Shown here: one piece after another, positions 1-13,252 of the stretch | Numbering within the stretch: position 1 is the stretch's first letter | Layout of the letters: the number at the start of each line of letters is the position of its first letter | Source: Phoronis australis | Taxonomy: Eukaryota; Animalia; Phoronida | Length of the DNA stretch: 64,000 nucleotides | Direction: 5' to 3' | NCBI GenBank assembly: GCA_002633005.1 | Contig: NMRA01000110.1 | Coordinates: forward strand, 754,079-818,078 | Notes under the pieces: generated by a model | Seen by the model: only the letters and a program-made list of their open reading frames with translations | Told to the model about the DNA's origin: nothing | Databases searched by the model: none | Position numbers and translations under genes: made by a program

Positions 1-120
1 TGCCGGCGTTTTTGTTTTGCTGGAGACGTTTTTGTTTTGTTTTTTGTTTTTTTAATTTTTGGGTCCTGGCCCGAGGGGGGGGTTTAAACCCCCTGAACCC
101 CCCCCGTAGATCCGCCTCTG
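1..120. mobile_element. End of a short non-autonomous DNA element (CAGAGGCGGATCTA-type terminal repeat) interrupting NTase-TPR copy A
   Basis: Ends ...CCCCCCCGTAGATCCGCCTCTG at 120, exactly where homology to the NTase-TPR coding sequence stops. Related termini occur at ~15940-15998, ~20377-20388, ~24947 and ~40404-40417. Confidence 0.5.
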
Positions 121-1078
121 TACATGAGAGACATCTAATGTGCGCGTGAATGCACTGCCTCAACGAGACTAATGTCGGCATTATGAATGCAGGGGTTTAA
201 CGCCGTATTGAGTGACTAATGAAGATATCGCAATACATCATTTCTTCCTCTTTCGTTTGTATAACCAATCTAGGATGTCATCTGTGCCATGTCTGTATCA
301 AGAGTTGGGCAAATCACTTTTACCAATGACAAAACATCATCAATTTACCGCTTTGCTCTGTCGAACTCTTCTCCCAAAAATCCAGAAAGCTTATACTAGG
401 TGTGAATTGTGGAAAGATGAGTTTCTGTGTCATTATCTGATTGGGGCACCAAATAACTTAACAGTTCGTCTAATTCTTTTTCATTGAACGTTGGTAGTGA
501 TTTCAGGAGCTGGTGTACGAGTACCTTCTGATGCGGCGTAGAAAATAATATCAAACATTTCAATGAACGGCAAAATCTTGGCCCAAAGATGTCTGGTGAT
601 CTCGTGATAACCCAGATATCCACTTAACGCGAATATTTCCAAGAAATACAAAAAGTGTACGGATCAGTGAGGTCGTAGAAATGTTTTTTTCCACAAAACA
701 CCCCCACAATCCCGGTACTTTCCATTTTTGGCGGCCCACGTGTTCTCAGGTTGTTGGACGAGTTTGTAAGAGGATTTTCCAACGATAGCAATAGAATTTA
801 TATTTTAAAACTTAAAACTTTCTAATGATGTACTGGCTGCAGGTATAGAAACGCTCAGCAGTACCAACGGGGTTATGAATGGAAAATTCGTGTAGTATGT
901 AGTTGAAGAAAGGGCAGCTGTTTTGAAATATCTAGAGAGTAAGAATTTTCTTCCGTGAACGAACGATACCTTTTTTGGTCAAGGCCAGACGTCCTGTGGT
1001 TGCACGCTACTGAGTTCATTTTGCTGCGACTTGTTGGTGTACATCACAAGGCGTAAATGTTTTACTATGGATATTGAC
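121..1078 (-). pseudogene. NTase-TPR paralog A, 3' portion (end of the helical partner domain plus start of the variable TPR-like region)
   Basis: Nucleotide homology to copies B, C and D (e.g. GAGTTCATTTTGCTGCGACTTGTTGGTGTACATCACAAG, GTGTACGGATCAGTG, GAAGATATCGCAAT). In-frame stops are present, for example the W of LRYLHWSL is TAG, along with indels. Confidence 0.85.
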
Positions 1079-1080
1079 AC

Positions 1081-1588
1081 TGTCACGACGTGACTTTAAT
1101 GAGACAATTTAATAGAAAACATTAAGTTTAAAAGAAATAATATTTAATGAAGCTTCAACATTCAAAAAACAAACATTTACACACAATTAATAAGTTTCGT
1201 AACTGGATAGACCACTCTCCACGTTGCGTCCCAAACTAATATTACTGAGTCAAGAGTCCATCTTATTTCACACAGTCCGTGCACAGTCTTTTGTGGTCAG
1301 CATCCGACCCCATCATCTTTGTCCGCTGAATCTCCCAAGTCTTCTGTAGACACAAACGTTACACTTTCTGTGAACAGCTTCTAACACGTCTACACTGTGT
1401 CACGGCTGGCTCTCGACTGCCGCACCCAGGTCGAACATTTGAATGCGCTCAGCCAACACAGCAGTTCATTTGCATATAAATGACCCGGCAACAATCGCTG
1501 AACACTGACGCCGGCGACGTAACAGATTATGTTCACAATTATCCATACTTTACAGGCACTTATAGGTTGTAGCCGGATTGCTCTCACA
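1081..1588 (-). mobile_element. Possible solo-LTR-like insertion within copy A
   Basis: About 500 bp of unrelated sequence replaces about 200 bp of the gene. The minus strand reads TGTGAGAG...ATTAAAGTCACGTCGTGACA (TG...CA ends, ATTAAA near the 3' end). No TSD found, and the right boundary is ambiguous. Confidence 0.3.
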
Positions 1589-1650
1589 ACGTTTGTCATG
1601 TCATTGTACGCCTTACTAGACCTCGTTGCTGTCCGTTTCGTCAGTTTTCG
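1589..1650 (-). pseudogene. Second isolated fragment of NTase-TPR paralog A
   Basis: Translates to KLTKRTATRSSKAYNDMTNVV, versus KLTKRTAARSKAHHDMTNVV in copy B. Confidence 0.85.
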
Positions 1651-3585
1651 CCAAACGACCAGAATCAATACTTCTCAAGCAGAATCTCGACTCATCTGTG
1701 AAGAGCACATTTCTCCACTGTTGATGTGTTCAATCCCTGTGTTGTCTGCCACATTGCAACCTGGCTACGAACTCTGTGTGTTGCTGTGAAGGCCAACGAA
1801 CCAAAAATTCGAGACCCCTGCATCCTCAGTGCATCCTGCATCCCTACATTTTATGCTGGGAGCGCGCAAGTGGCGAAATTCTGGTTGTTCCTGTGCCCTG
1901 CCCCCCCNAAGCTCACTTGCGAGTTTCCAGTTAGTCAATGTGACGTCACCGGAAACGGGGCAAAACCCGCCATTTTGTTCTCGTTTTGCCCCGAGTGTTT
2001 GCTACACACGCGAAATCTTACTGGAGTTCTTATGGTGAATTTTACGCTTAAAACGTTAACACGATTTAAGGGATGGTCGATGGATCGTGGAATAACTATG
2101 AAGGGACGAAGACAATGTGAACTTGTTATGTTGTGCGAAGCTGTGAACGGACTGAAATTGGAACTCGACCCGGTCTAGGCCTGAATGCCGCAGGCATACA
2201 GGGGCGATAGTAGATCCCCATAAAAATTTACTCATTTCAAAATACAGCACATAAAATCAATTGAAACATGGGTATGTGCACATGGATTTATAATTAGCAC
2301 ATACCCTGACTCTGGATACAATTTAGTCCGCAAATAACTTGAACATATCCATGAAAACCTAGCGGTTCGCTCGAGTTTCTCTCAGCGGGCGCCATTTTGT
2401 GGAAGTTACGTGAAATTACGCCTGTTGACGAACAAAAAGTCCAAGGGAGACAAATCTTACAAATTTCACTTGATATTTGTCCATGCTATTGTGCAAGTGT
2501 CACGCGCCAGGTCACGCGCTTCGCTCAGTCTCGCGCTAGCTTTTGCCTCATACTCACCTCACTCAAGTTGAAATACTTTATGGTTATCGCGCGCGCGGCC
2601 AAAGTTAGCAGTAACCAAAAAGTAGAGTTGGAATTCTTCGCCAAAGTCACCTGAATTTCCATAGATATGCTTCATCGAAGATATATTTAGAAGCAGAAAG
2701 GATCATTGAAGAAAGTAAGCGCCTTAGTAGGTGATAATTTTAGGTGTAGAATGTATTTTTGACGAGGTGAAAACTTAATCATTGAGCGGATTTCACCTAC
2801 CGCCCGTTCAAAATACACGGGACGAAATTTGTACAGAACGCGATGGAACGTATTGTAGTACGAATCTGAATTTCATTTGCCTTAACAGCAATGCTTGTTT
2901 GGCATTTTTCACACTAAAAGATTAAAAACTCGAAGTAAACAACAGAATACATTCTGCTATCGTATCGGGCAAATCGCCAAACGACAAGCTTTTGCCCCAC
3001 TTCCAGTGACGTCACAGTTAAGTCTCACATAGTCTCGCGTTATTGTTACAAACTCGCAAAAGGACTAGCCACCATGAGTGCAATTTTGTGGTTTTTGCAA
3101 TTGACCTCTATGCCCTTTCTGGACATCCTGTACAACGCTGTGTGCATGGATAATAAAATATTTCCCAGCATTCGTTGTAGAAATAGATAAGCTTTGAAAT
3201 TATGTATAATTTATTCGCATTGATGGTAATTTGAAGAAAATGCCACAAATTTTCTGAAGGGGACAAAACCTCTTTTGAGAGGATTATATATGGGATAATA
3301 AAACAATACTAGCATGCAATATCTTCATCGCCGGCAAGAGCATGCGCACAAGTTAGTTCACGTTGGTCGCACACGCACTGCCAAAGAATGTCTTGGAAAT
3401 CGACGACATTTGGTGAGTCGGATCAACAAATAGTTTCGCAAAGCACGTCTCAAATTCAGATTGAAAGCTTTTAAAGCTTTATCCAGGAAGTAAGTTGTGA
3501 ACATTCATCAACAGGGGTCCCCCTTTCTGATAAGTGATAACAATTTGGTCTTATTTTGAAGAAAACAACAACGGTTTTAAGATTT

Positions 3586-3623
3586 GACATGTTTCGGTAT
3601 CATTTATTCAACACCATCCTCAG
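3586..3623 (-). ncRNA. Minimal hammerhead-ribozyme motif associated with the Penelope-like element
   Basis: The minus strand reads CTGAGGA-T-GGTGTT-gaataaat-GATACC-GAAA-CATG-TC: CUGANGA core, 6-bp stem II, GAAA, palindromic short stem III and a GUC site. It sits just downstream of the GIY-YIG ORF. Stem I pairing is poor. Confidence 0.6.
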
Positions 3624-3688
3624 AAGTGATAATACAGTGGCCACCTAGCTAGGCCCAGCAACAAGTAATGAAGCACAGATACAGTCAG

Positions 3689-4230
3689 TTACAGGGAGTG
3701 ACAATGAACTAGACCAACAATTACAACCTGTGGTGTCAGATTGGGCTTGCACCAACTGATGTGTAAAGCCTCACGAATTTTAAGCTCCTTTGTTGTTACT
3801 GCCTGGTCTAATACTGCAAAGTCATTGAAAGAGCACTGCTGATAACAATGATCGGAGCTCTGTAGGTGAATATTTACATGTGAATTTCTGTCAGAATTTA
3901 GATGTTCCTTGGTCCTGGTTTTCAAATGGCGAACAGTTTCGCCTACATAACTGGAGCCACATCCAGCACAGATAAATTTGTATGCTACCTTGGACCGTAG
4001 ACCCATAGAAATTTTGTCTTTAGGGTTAAACAAATTCGACAGTTTTAGAGACTTGAATGTTAATACAACTCTTAAGTTCACACAGTAATCATTCACCAAT
4101 TTGTTGAGTTTTCGTTGAGCAATTTTGGCGTAAAACCCAACATAGGGTATTTTAAAATACTTGTAGTTAGTTTTGTCTACAGGATGAACATCATCAGGGT
4201 TACGTTGGAGTCTTGCTTTCAGTACCCTAT
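3689..4230 (-). mobile_element. Penelope-like retroelement 3' remnant (GIY-YIG endonuclease)
   Basis: ORF 3689..4099 contains VAYKFICAGCGSSYVGETVRHLKTRTKEH...LKIREALHISWCKPNL, the PLE-type GIY-YIG signature, preceded by a FKIPYVG linker. The RT domain is missing (5' truncated). Confidence 0.85.
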
Positions 4231-4773
4231 TGACTAATTTGGTCTTACGTTTTCACTTCACCAAGTAATTATGAGCGTACGACAATCTACAAATAATTCA
4301 TAAAAATTTTCCAAGTAAATAGAAGTAAATAGGCAACTATTCTCAGCGACTTTGCTCGTTTACTCAAGTGAAATTTATCGTAATCTATTTTACCCGGGGT
4401 ATGTCACGAGCTATGTTAATAAGTATAACAAGATAAGAGTTGTCACATATTACATGTATGTCATTTCTTATGACGTAAGTAGAAAGACAAGACTTTGCAA
4501 GATGGACGTGGAAAAACACCACCGGCGCGTACATAGAAGTGTCCTTATAGGAAAAGAAAAGCTAAGGGATTAAGAAAAGTCTGAAGGGCCAAGCAGAAAA
4601 TGCATGATAAGAAAAAAAACTCCCTCCTGGAATGGAAGTTGAGAAAGAGAAAAAGGTGAGGTAATATTTTATATTTTCATTTTCAGGAATAGTTTGTAGT
4701 CTGGAGCGGAAGACTAAATTTGGACTTAAGACTTAAAAATCACTTTTCATGAAACAAACCCTGGTTCTGTGAA

Positions 4774-4953
4774 AATGTTGCTAAGGTGGATGTAACGTTG
4801 CTAAGGTGGGTGTAACGTTGCTAAGGTGGATGTAATGTTGTTAAGGTAGATGCAACGTTGCTAAGGTGGATGCAACGTTTCTAAGGTGGATGCAACGTTG
4901 CTAACGTGGATGTAACGTTGCTAAGGTGGATGTAACGTTGCTAAGGTGGATGT
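4774..4953. repeat. 20-bp minisatellite, 9 copies
   Basis: Unit AACGTTGCTAAGGTGGATGT repeated with few substitutions. Confidence 0.95.
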
Positions 4954-6084
4954 TACATCGTAATCGATGAGCATTACAATGTTTTGTACAAGGACTGTCA
5001 TGTCTGTGACAAGAGAGTGGTGTATACTTTATATGTTTATTAGCAAACGATGCTATATCACATGGCAGATCCCATAAGAACGAATAAAGTATATCTAACC
5101 CTTATATATCTATAAAATACTGCGATAATTGTAAAAAGATAAGTAATTATACACACCGACGTTCTTATTCAAATAAACGTTTGATGAGACTATTATCTCT
5201 CCGTATGTACATTTGGTATCCCACTGGCTTTCTCCTAAAAGCCAGGAAGTATTAGACCAGGGATTCATCCCTGAGACATTTACCTTGGAGACCCTGGCGT
5301 AAAAATCCCTCTAAAATATCACGGTTATCGGAAAATTTACGAGTAAAGGAAATACTAGAAATGATATGTAACAAGCCAAGCTATCAAACGCACTAACAAA
5401 AGTAATGACATAATTATTTGAAAACGGTCATTTGATACTGCTTTAGATGGCCAAAATTACAATGTGTCGCTCGTTTTTTATTATGAAAATACTCCCACAC
5501 GTGTGGAGGTAACTGTGACCACAGATTACGGTAATGTACTCGCTCATGATGGATTACGAAGGCAAGGTGCTAAGATGGACAGAGGGGCGCTAGTTGCGCC
5601 TGTGGGTTATAAATACCGCTACGGATTTTTAAAGTTGTCGTACCAAACGAAATTCCACATCAATTCTGAATGCAGGAGCTCGATAAAATATTGTTTATGA
5701 TGCACCCGTTCCTGCTCTGAGAGTTTGTGTAGAAGAACTTACAATAAAACTTATCTTACCAGAACTGTAATAATTGATGGTTCCCAATGAAACGTGTTTT
5801 GACTCGGTCTGAAAAATTAACACTGTTATAGCAGATTTGTAAATTTGCTTACCGAATAAGTTGTCAATTGCTAACTCACATATCATATGAGAACGAAGAC
5901 GTAATTACGAAAAAGTTGTGATACAAGATAGCAGTTGAAGTACGGGAAGAAACATTGGTTAAGATGAACAGTAAAGCTACTAGAATCCTAGCGGTAACGA
6001 CAATTTGCAAAGAACTGTATGCGGTCAACAAAAGATTATTTATGAAAGGATCAATGCCAATTACATCCGATAAAATTCTGTTCT

Positions 6085-7306
6085 AAAGTCCTGCTCTCAA
6101 ACTGCCCATGTGGTTCCAGTATCCGAAAATACTTACTACATAAAATCTTATTTGGGACACCCTTTCTTTATATTCTTTTCGCCTTTCTTGCCAAAAGTGA
6201 TTTTTTAACAGTATTTGTCCCTTCTCCGTGAGCGTATAATTACCGGCTGTCATCGGTTATTTCCGTACCCACATTTCCGGCTCATCAGTTCAGGAACTTG
6301 TCCTTGTAACTGAATGTGCTATCGCTTGCTCGAAAAGTCTTCATTAATTTGTTTCATTAGTAATATCTCGTGATTCGTTTGTGTGTGTAGTGTATTTATA
6401 GTTTGTAGTTAGTGGTCGTTGATTTTTTTTGGAATGTCACGCGTACTCATTATGTTAAAATAGCATTGCTGTTTAGTTCCTTACGTAGGGCGGTCGAACC
6501 TAGGAACCAATATGAGTCAAACCATTTTTTCCGTTTTTGATTTTTTCTCGTTTCGAAAAAGTGCTTTGCTATCATCGGAAAGGTAGTGCATCCTACTCAG
6601 TAAAAATCACAAAAGTATCAAAATCGGGGCAAGCACTGTTAAGTTATTGCAATTTTTGTGGCGAAATTTGGGTCACTTTGTTTGGATCGCGTCGGCCATA
6701 TTGGAGAACAGCGGTATAAGTTACGAGTTTAAAACTTTTTGTAAATTGTTTTCGCCAACAATTTACGGTGAAATTTAGTGAGACATATCGTTACTTACTA
6801 TTCTGCACGATTCAACGTTGTTCACCAAATTTCAGCCTCGCAGTTGTTACTCATTAAGTTATAAATGTGCTCACAATTGCCGTCTCATTTCTTAATTTGA
6901 GAAATAAGCTATGTTGTATTGTGAAGCTTTTGTATTGTACTTGTCATACTTATGTGCTCGAACGATCCCCCTATTTGGAGAAATGGAAAAAGGTCTGCCT
7001 CAGTCAGAGAAGCACGAGCTCCGAAAAAAGTAGAAAACGAGACGATATATTCCACTACAAGACAGGAAGTACCAAAATTTAGCGTCTGCAATTCATAATT
7101 CTGAACATACCCAGTGAATCTTATAGTAAAAGATAGACATTCCCTAAAATTCCAGCCCCCCATTTTTTAAGCTTGGTGCGCTCATACAAAGTCTGGGAAA
7201 ATCTCTGTCGAAAGCCAACAACTTTGCACAGTTCGCCAGAAATACCCAAGTTCTAAATAAACCTCGTTTGAGCGAGCGCTGTGGCCAGCGACCAGGTAGG
7301 CCTAAG
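6085..7306. repeat. Non-coding interspersed repeat, internally shortened copy, inverted relative to 20389-22260
   Basis: Reverse-complement match, e.g. CATGTGGTTCCAGTATCCG (6107) vs CGGATACTGGAACCACATG (~22216), and ACCAGGTAGGCCTAAG (7291) vs CTTAGGCCTACCTGGT (20389). Confidence 0.85.
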
Positions 7307-7889
7307 GGTAGCCTTGGCTCAAAGCTGTATGGGCCTACTAACAAGCTAGCTGTATTTTGACGGTAGTCTTCATACTGGTAGCTGGCACTGAGGCTAGCTA
7401 AGGACTGCCGCGGCAGTGTGACACAGGATTAACCAGCCCGTAATTTTATGCAAGTGTCTGAAACTACCTTTGAATATATACGGCATTTATGATTTGAACA
7501 TTTTACTTGTTAAAACAGCTTGCAACCGCATGCCTTTACCGTTCCCGTGGGTCTTGTCTCGATCCGCACCGGGTCCAATAGGCTGCGGTCCTGAGGCCGG
7601 CAAAATTTATTCGCTACATTTCTTCTGCAAATTCGATAAAATTTTCCGTATTTTGATTTTATTCAAATTAAGGCCACTGTCCATTATTTTATCCCCGTTT
7701 GCATGTAACAGGCACTCAGACTGACGGCGTTTTCTTAGCCTGGGTTCCTGAATGAATTGTACTTCCGGGTTCGCGGCAAGTTCAAAATGGCGGTGGTTCT
7801 TCGGGTGCGAATCGTGAGTGGCGCGTTCATTTAAACTTTTTTCGAGTACGGATCGTGTATTAGTTATGAGGTAGGTACTTCTTGGATCC

Positions 7890-8740
7890 TTATAACATTC
7901 CCTGACCACGTAATATGGTTAAAATGAACGCTTGAGACCAGGACTTTAAGTACGATTGACTAGTTGACAGCGATATATATATGTCCCTGAGTTCGTAACT
8001 GCCGGGTTTGTAAAGTAGAGCGTTGAACAAGTAATGTACCGCTAACTCGTATCTCTCCGTTTCAATGTAACATAATGCTATGCCTTGAAAAATTATGCCT
8101 TTACATTGGGATACATTAAAACACTGTTGCACCTTATCAAGAGCTGTAAAATGATTTTGCAAAGATTGATTGAACTCGCCATTTTGGAAGTAAAGGCTTG
8201 CAACTACAATGAGTTCTTTTACAACAGAATCTTGAAGTAGCCACTTAGTCATCAAATCTGATCTAAAGGCATTAAAATGTGCCGCTAAAATGCCTGGTAT
8301 GCAACCCTTTTTGGAACAAATTTCGTTTGAAAAGTCAGCGAAAATGCTTGTTCCATATGAAGGTTTTGACTTCGGAGCGGATGTGGCAGAATTTATATCA
8401 TTTAGTAGTTTTTGAGTTAAGTTCAGTATCTCCTGAGAAGACTTTAGAACACTATTAAGGTTGGGTTCATATTGGCGAATCATTCTAATCATTTGTAATG
8501 TCATGCGAATCCACTTTAAGCGTTTACTATCGGTAAGCGTAATGGAGTTGTATAGAGTATTCAGTGACCAATGAAGATATCGCAACATGACAATGTTTCT
8601 TTTGCTTAAATTTGTAGAACCAATCTCGGACATCATCTGCGCTGCTAATTCCGATTCTGCATTATTAGATGGGTAATACGGGTCTACAAGCAACAAAACA
8701 AAAACACAATACCGCACTGCTGCGTCAAAGTTTTCTAATA
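7890..8740 (-). pseudogene. Out-of-frame C-terminal TPR-like region of copy B
   Basis: The 275-aa ORF 7890..8717 aligns to the C-terminal part of copy D (LRYLHWSL; FNQSLQNHFTALD; CKGIIFQGI; RYELAVHYLFNALLY). It is offset from the upstream ORF by a frameshift at ~8738-8745. Confidence 0.8.
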
Positions 8741-10728
8741 AAAATAGTCAAGGCAACTGATGTGGTTGAAAACTATGTCAAAACGATATTCTTCTTCAAA
8801 CATTATTGTTGCTGGGAGCAAAAAACCAAATTTTAACATCAGATAGTTTTTTTGGAGCAGTTCGTCGTTTGATTTAAGGAAATTATACAGCTTTAACTCA
8901 TCATGAGATTTATAACGGATTTTGTGATTGATTGATTCAACATCCTGTCTAAGCTCTTCATAACCCAGCAGCGTGCTTACTTTCTCTATTGCCTTCAAAC
9001 ACAGTAAAGTGTACGGATCAGTGAAGTCATATGGAATTTGCTTTCCTTGATAGTAAAGGTATCCACAGAACACCCCACAACCGTGATGCTTTCTTGTTTT
9101 GGCGGCCCATGTGTTCTCAAGTTGCAGGACAAACTTGTTAAGGGCATTTTCGAACGATAGCAGTCGCAATTCTATTGAACCTTCTATGTATTGGTTGCAG
9201 GTATAGAAAGGTTCAACAGTACGAATGGGGTTATGGATCGAAAATTCGTATAGTATGTAGTTGACGAAAGGGACGATTGTACAGAAATATCTAAAGAGCA
9301 ACAGTTTGCTGTCTTGAACGAACGATACCTTTTTTGGTCTAGGCCAGACGTTCTGTGGTTTCACGCTCATGAGTTCATTTTGCTGCGACTTGTTGGTGTA
9401 CATCACAAGCCGTAAGTGTGTCACTATGGATATTGCGACTTGTAGATTGTGCCTGGATTGATCAGCAATAATTTCTTCTGTAACCATTTCATCCAAAATG
9501 TCCCACGGAGTACTGCTGTTTAGAGAGTAAACAGTTTTAAACAAACTGATTACCAGGCTGGGTAACCTGAACATCCCTTCTTTAATGTCGGCGACATCCC
9601 CGTCACCCACGAAACTCAGGTGTGGTAAATATCTTTTCACCACGTTCGTCATGTCATGGTGAGCCTTAGACCTCGCTGCTGTCCGTTTCGTCAGTTTTCC
9701 TCGATTGGACTTAAATTCTTCAATCAGTCTATCCGCCCCGTGGCTCCCGCCAATTTTGACTATTGATGTTAATATGCGATCAATATCATAACCTTCCTTC
9801 AGAGATGTATTGTATTCACAAAGCTGTGCCATACGTTGAGGTGTTTTAATTAACTCTATTCCTTTCCTCATTGGTCTATCAGGACGACCAAGCGGTGTGT
9901 GGCAGGCATGTGGCGCTGCGCTGTCGAACTGCAAACCGCGGGGAGTCACTTTGTCTTCGAACCTGTTTCCTCCAGGTTTGTCGTTGTCGTTCAGTGATTT
10001 GATTTGCATCGATTTCAAAACAGTTTCTCTTAAATTCAAAACAAATAAATGCACCATCCCCACCAAATTCCTAAAATAACCAATGTTACTTTCATCTTCA
10101 ACCAGAATGCACCACTCAATGTCAGAATACGTTGTCGTTTCACCTCTAGCCAGAGAACCTAACCCTAACACTGCAAACTGTTGAGGTGGTGGTCCTAGTA
10201 TCGATATTGACGTAGAAATCAGACCCCAGAAAAAGTTTCTCACCTCGTGATTAACGTCTTCGAACAATTGCCTTGTCTCACGAACGTATTCTTTTTCAAT
10301 GTCTATTCGCTCGTTGTGTGACAGATTTGCACTAAATTTAGCCTGAATTTCAGCCATTAGCACGTTCGCGCTGCAAGACGTCGTCCCTCTAATATTAGTC
10401 AGATTAAATTGAACTTTGGAAATGTAATTAAAAGGCGTTTTTTCGCATTTTAGTAACAGCATCTCGCAAAAGGCAACTTCATTTCTTTTTAAGGCCTCTT
10501 TGATTTTTTCAGTGGCCTTTGATCGCTTGGTTCGCAAAATAGCGGCATTGTAGAGCGCAGATGCTTTAATGAAATCGCCACGGAGCTTTGTCAACGTACC
10601 CCTCTCTGCATAAATGTCGCCCATTTTTTTCAACAGCCTACTGTCTCTTTCTAAATCATCTCGCGATCCATTTAACAGAGTCTCGGCAAGGAGTTCTTCT
10701 TCCTTCGCCAGGTCTGTCAGTCGCTTCT
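8735..10728 (-). CDS. NTase-TPR paralog B main exon: TPR-like helices + GlnD/DUF294-type nucleotidyltransferase + helical partner domain, truncated by a frameshift
   Basis: 632-aa ORF, open upstream to a CTGAC...TTTTGTAG branch point and acceptor. Motif FAVLGLGSLARGETTTYSDIEWCILV fits hG[GS]x9-13Dx[DE]. A DIKEGMFRLPSL...TPWDILDEM...LRLVMY helical domain follows. Confidence 0.85.
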
Positions 10729-11247
10729 CTACAAAACGTTGTCAGTCCATCAATAGATAACTTGCACAAAAGTTTGTTTCAAATCAAATTAAAAATTCCC
10801 AAGAAAATAATTTCACACATTTTAGTCGACGCAATGATTCCTCCAGTCCACTGACTTTTAGTCCAATTTGTACACCAACACAAAATACGTCTGCAATCTT
10901 TTCATGCGATAAACGAAAATGATTCTATCTCTGAGCAGATCATTATGGTGACCACTGTTGCGGTAAACCAACACTGTAATTTGAAATTTTCAACATTTGT
11001 TTACAAAACATCGTTCCCGTATGTTTCAAAATTCTGTAAACGCGACGTCATTCTCAATTATATACAAGTATTAGCTCTTGTTTAAGTTAATCATCACAGT
11101 GGTATCCCGACTCACACCTACGGCATTTGCCAATTTGAGTGTGAAAGTTGCTTTGGCAATGTCTTCCTGGTGTTATGCATGTCGCCCATGCGAGACATGA
11201 AACATCCATGGGGCCATCCAGAACGCCTGTGGTAGCTTCGTAGCATC

Positions 11248-11320
11248 CTGGCTGGTTCCGCACGTGCCTAGTCAGCACGCGTGCGGGCTATCACCTAGCG
11301 GCACGCAGGGAACCAGCGAG
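11248..11320. mobile_element. 73-bp mini-MITE in the predicted intron of copy B
   Basis: Termini CTGGCTGGTTCC.../...GGAACCAGCGAG match the TIR of the 54493-55082 element. Flanked by CGTAGCATC and CTTAGCATC, a 9-bp TSD with one mismatch. Confidence 0.65.
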
Positions 11321-11486
11321 CTTAGCATCATCCCTCATCTGAAGTACCAGAGGTATTTTTGTAGTCTCAAAATTCTGTGCATGTGCGAATTTCACCCATG
11401 CGGCAAATAATGAGACGGACAAATAGGAGACTAATGGGCCGGATGACTGAAATTCGCGCACAGCGTAGGTTTCGGATGGTATTTAC

Positions 11487-11523
11487 TGGTGCCGAGAAAG
11501 CTTGAATTCAGTGTCGCGGCCAT
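11487..11523 (-). CDS. Predicted first coding micro-exon of NTase-TPR copy B (MAATLNSSFLGT, phase-1 donor)
   Basis: ATG plus 37 nt ending at donor GTAAAT. It joins in frame to the acceptor at 10728. The equivalent in copy D (49400-49436) differs by three synonymous changes and one non-synonymous change. Confidence 0.55.
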
Positions 11524-13252
11524 GAAATAGCGCCACTATACGTTTAATATTTCAAACTAAAGCTCTATTTCTTAAAGTAATGAAACGATGTTTTCAGAAA
11601 TTTCCTTCTCAACTCATGCACGTATGAAGTGAAGTCAATTCATTTTCATATCATCTTGGAAATTATCAGCAACCCATTACCTGTAGCCTCTCGTTGAGAT
11701 GGAGCTGAGAAAGTTGCAGATGATGTCACCACGGCAGCGACATAACAACAAGCCAGGGATAGGTACATACAGGAGAGAGCGCTCCTTTGCCAAATTGACA
11801 GCGAAGCCATTTGTAATTCATGCAGGTGTTTGGTCTGTTTATAAAATACACTAGTAACAGCCCTGACTATTGAATGGTGAGAAAAAAATTCAATAACTGT
11901 ATCGCATCGCATTGATTTTCAACTATAAGATCGATGCGAACAGTAATCAGATCTGCCTTGACAAAATGAAGCCATAAATGTGTCCAAAAAACTATCACCC
12001 CAAACAAAAGAGCAAATTTATGGCCTCGGAGAATCCTACACGAGTCTCAGGTTTATGACATGGGCAAAAACTCTTGGAAATTTCGTCAAAATCCCCAGTA
12101 AAGGATTTGTTTGCTCACATGAACCCTTTTTAATTCTTGTTTATCTAGACTTCGAAAAGATTTTTATTTTGATAGGGTTCTCAATCTTTATTCTTTGCGT
12201 CAGTGTAAAATGAACACGATTCTTTTGTATGAAAATGTTCTTAAAGTTTAGTTGGAAGAAAGCAGTTTTTCCAAAATCCTAATTCCGCCGGGGTCGCTGG
12301 ATATCATCGAACTAGAGTACACTTATAACAGGATATGATTTTAGTTTTCAAATTTTTTACTTGCTTAATTTACACGCATTTATTTATTTCGAACTCCAAA
12401 TAAATTTCGCATTCTAAGAGTTGACCATTTTTAAGGGTTTCGTAAATACGATTTTTTCACATTCAACATAATTAAAACGTTGTCTTTTTGACATATCTAA
12501 GTAAACTGAATCAAATGTCAACCTGTAAATGTATAAATTTCCAGAAAGCAGGTGTCGAGACAAATCAAGCCATTCTGACTGGTGACCATGTGTTAGAAAT
12601 GTCGTTTGTAGAGATGTGCATTGATAAGGGAAATGTCGTTTCAAAAGCACGTACTAAACTTCACTTATTAAAGTTTTAATGAAATTGTTCGAAAGTGGCC
12701 TGTGATTTTCCATAACTTTCATAGATGTTTTTCTTACTCGCCAAGAAAATTTCAGCGTTGATGAACACTTCTTACAAGTTCAAAAAAACGGAAGAGTCAA
12801 GCTAATAAATTTTAGGAAGCAGATTACCACTAACAGACTCGGAAGTATCGTTTACGACCTTTGAACTGCCGGTTGGTTAAATCACAATCAAGCTCCGTAT
12901 TCGGTGACCATTATTGACAAAAATGACGGATGTAATATAACTCTAAAAGCTGTGCTATTTTAAAGTACCACCATTCAACGTTTGTAATCTGAAATATTTT
13001 TGCACAAGAACCACCAAATAAAATTTTATGGCCTGATGCCTCACAGTTGTATAAAAGGATACGTTCGCGTACACTACAACTTGTGGTCACAGCCCACTTC
13101 TATCATGCAAAAATTCATTAGATGCTAATTTAATGTGCATATCTCTCTGTTATTCTTTGAAAATAGGCACATCTATGTGAAAATATAGGGATATGTACAC
13201 TACCTAAATGCTAATATTTCACTCAACACATATGTATGTGTAACAAACAGCC

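Noticed and set aside
4774-4953. 20-bp repeat as a CRISPR array or iteron set
   Set aside because: Contiguous minisatellite with no spacers.
7607-7909. 100-aa ORF directly after copy B as its continuation
   Set aside because: No similarity to the C-termini of C or D, and it runs into repeat-like sequence.
10588-10854. Duplicated plus-strand ORFs (10588..10854, 48501..48767 and similar antisense ORFs)
   Set aside because: Shadow ORFs opposite the NTase genes, with non-ATG starts and no recognisable domain.
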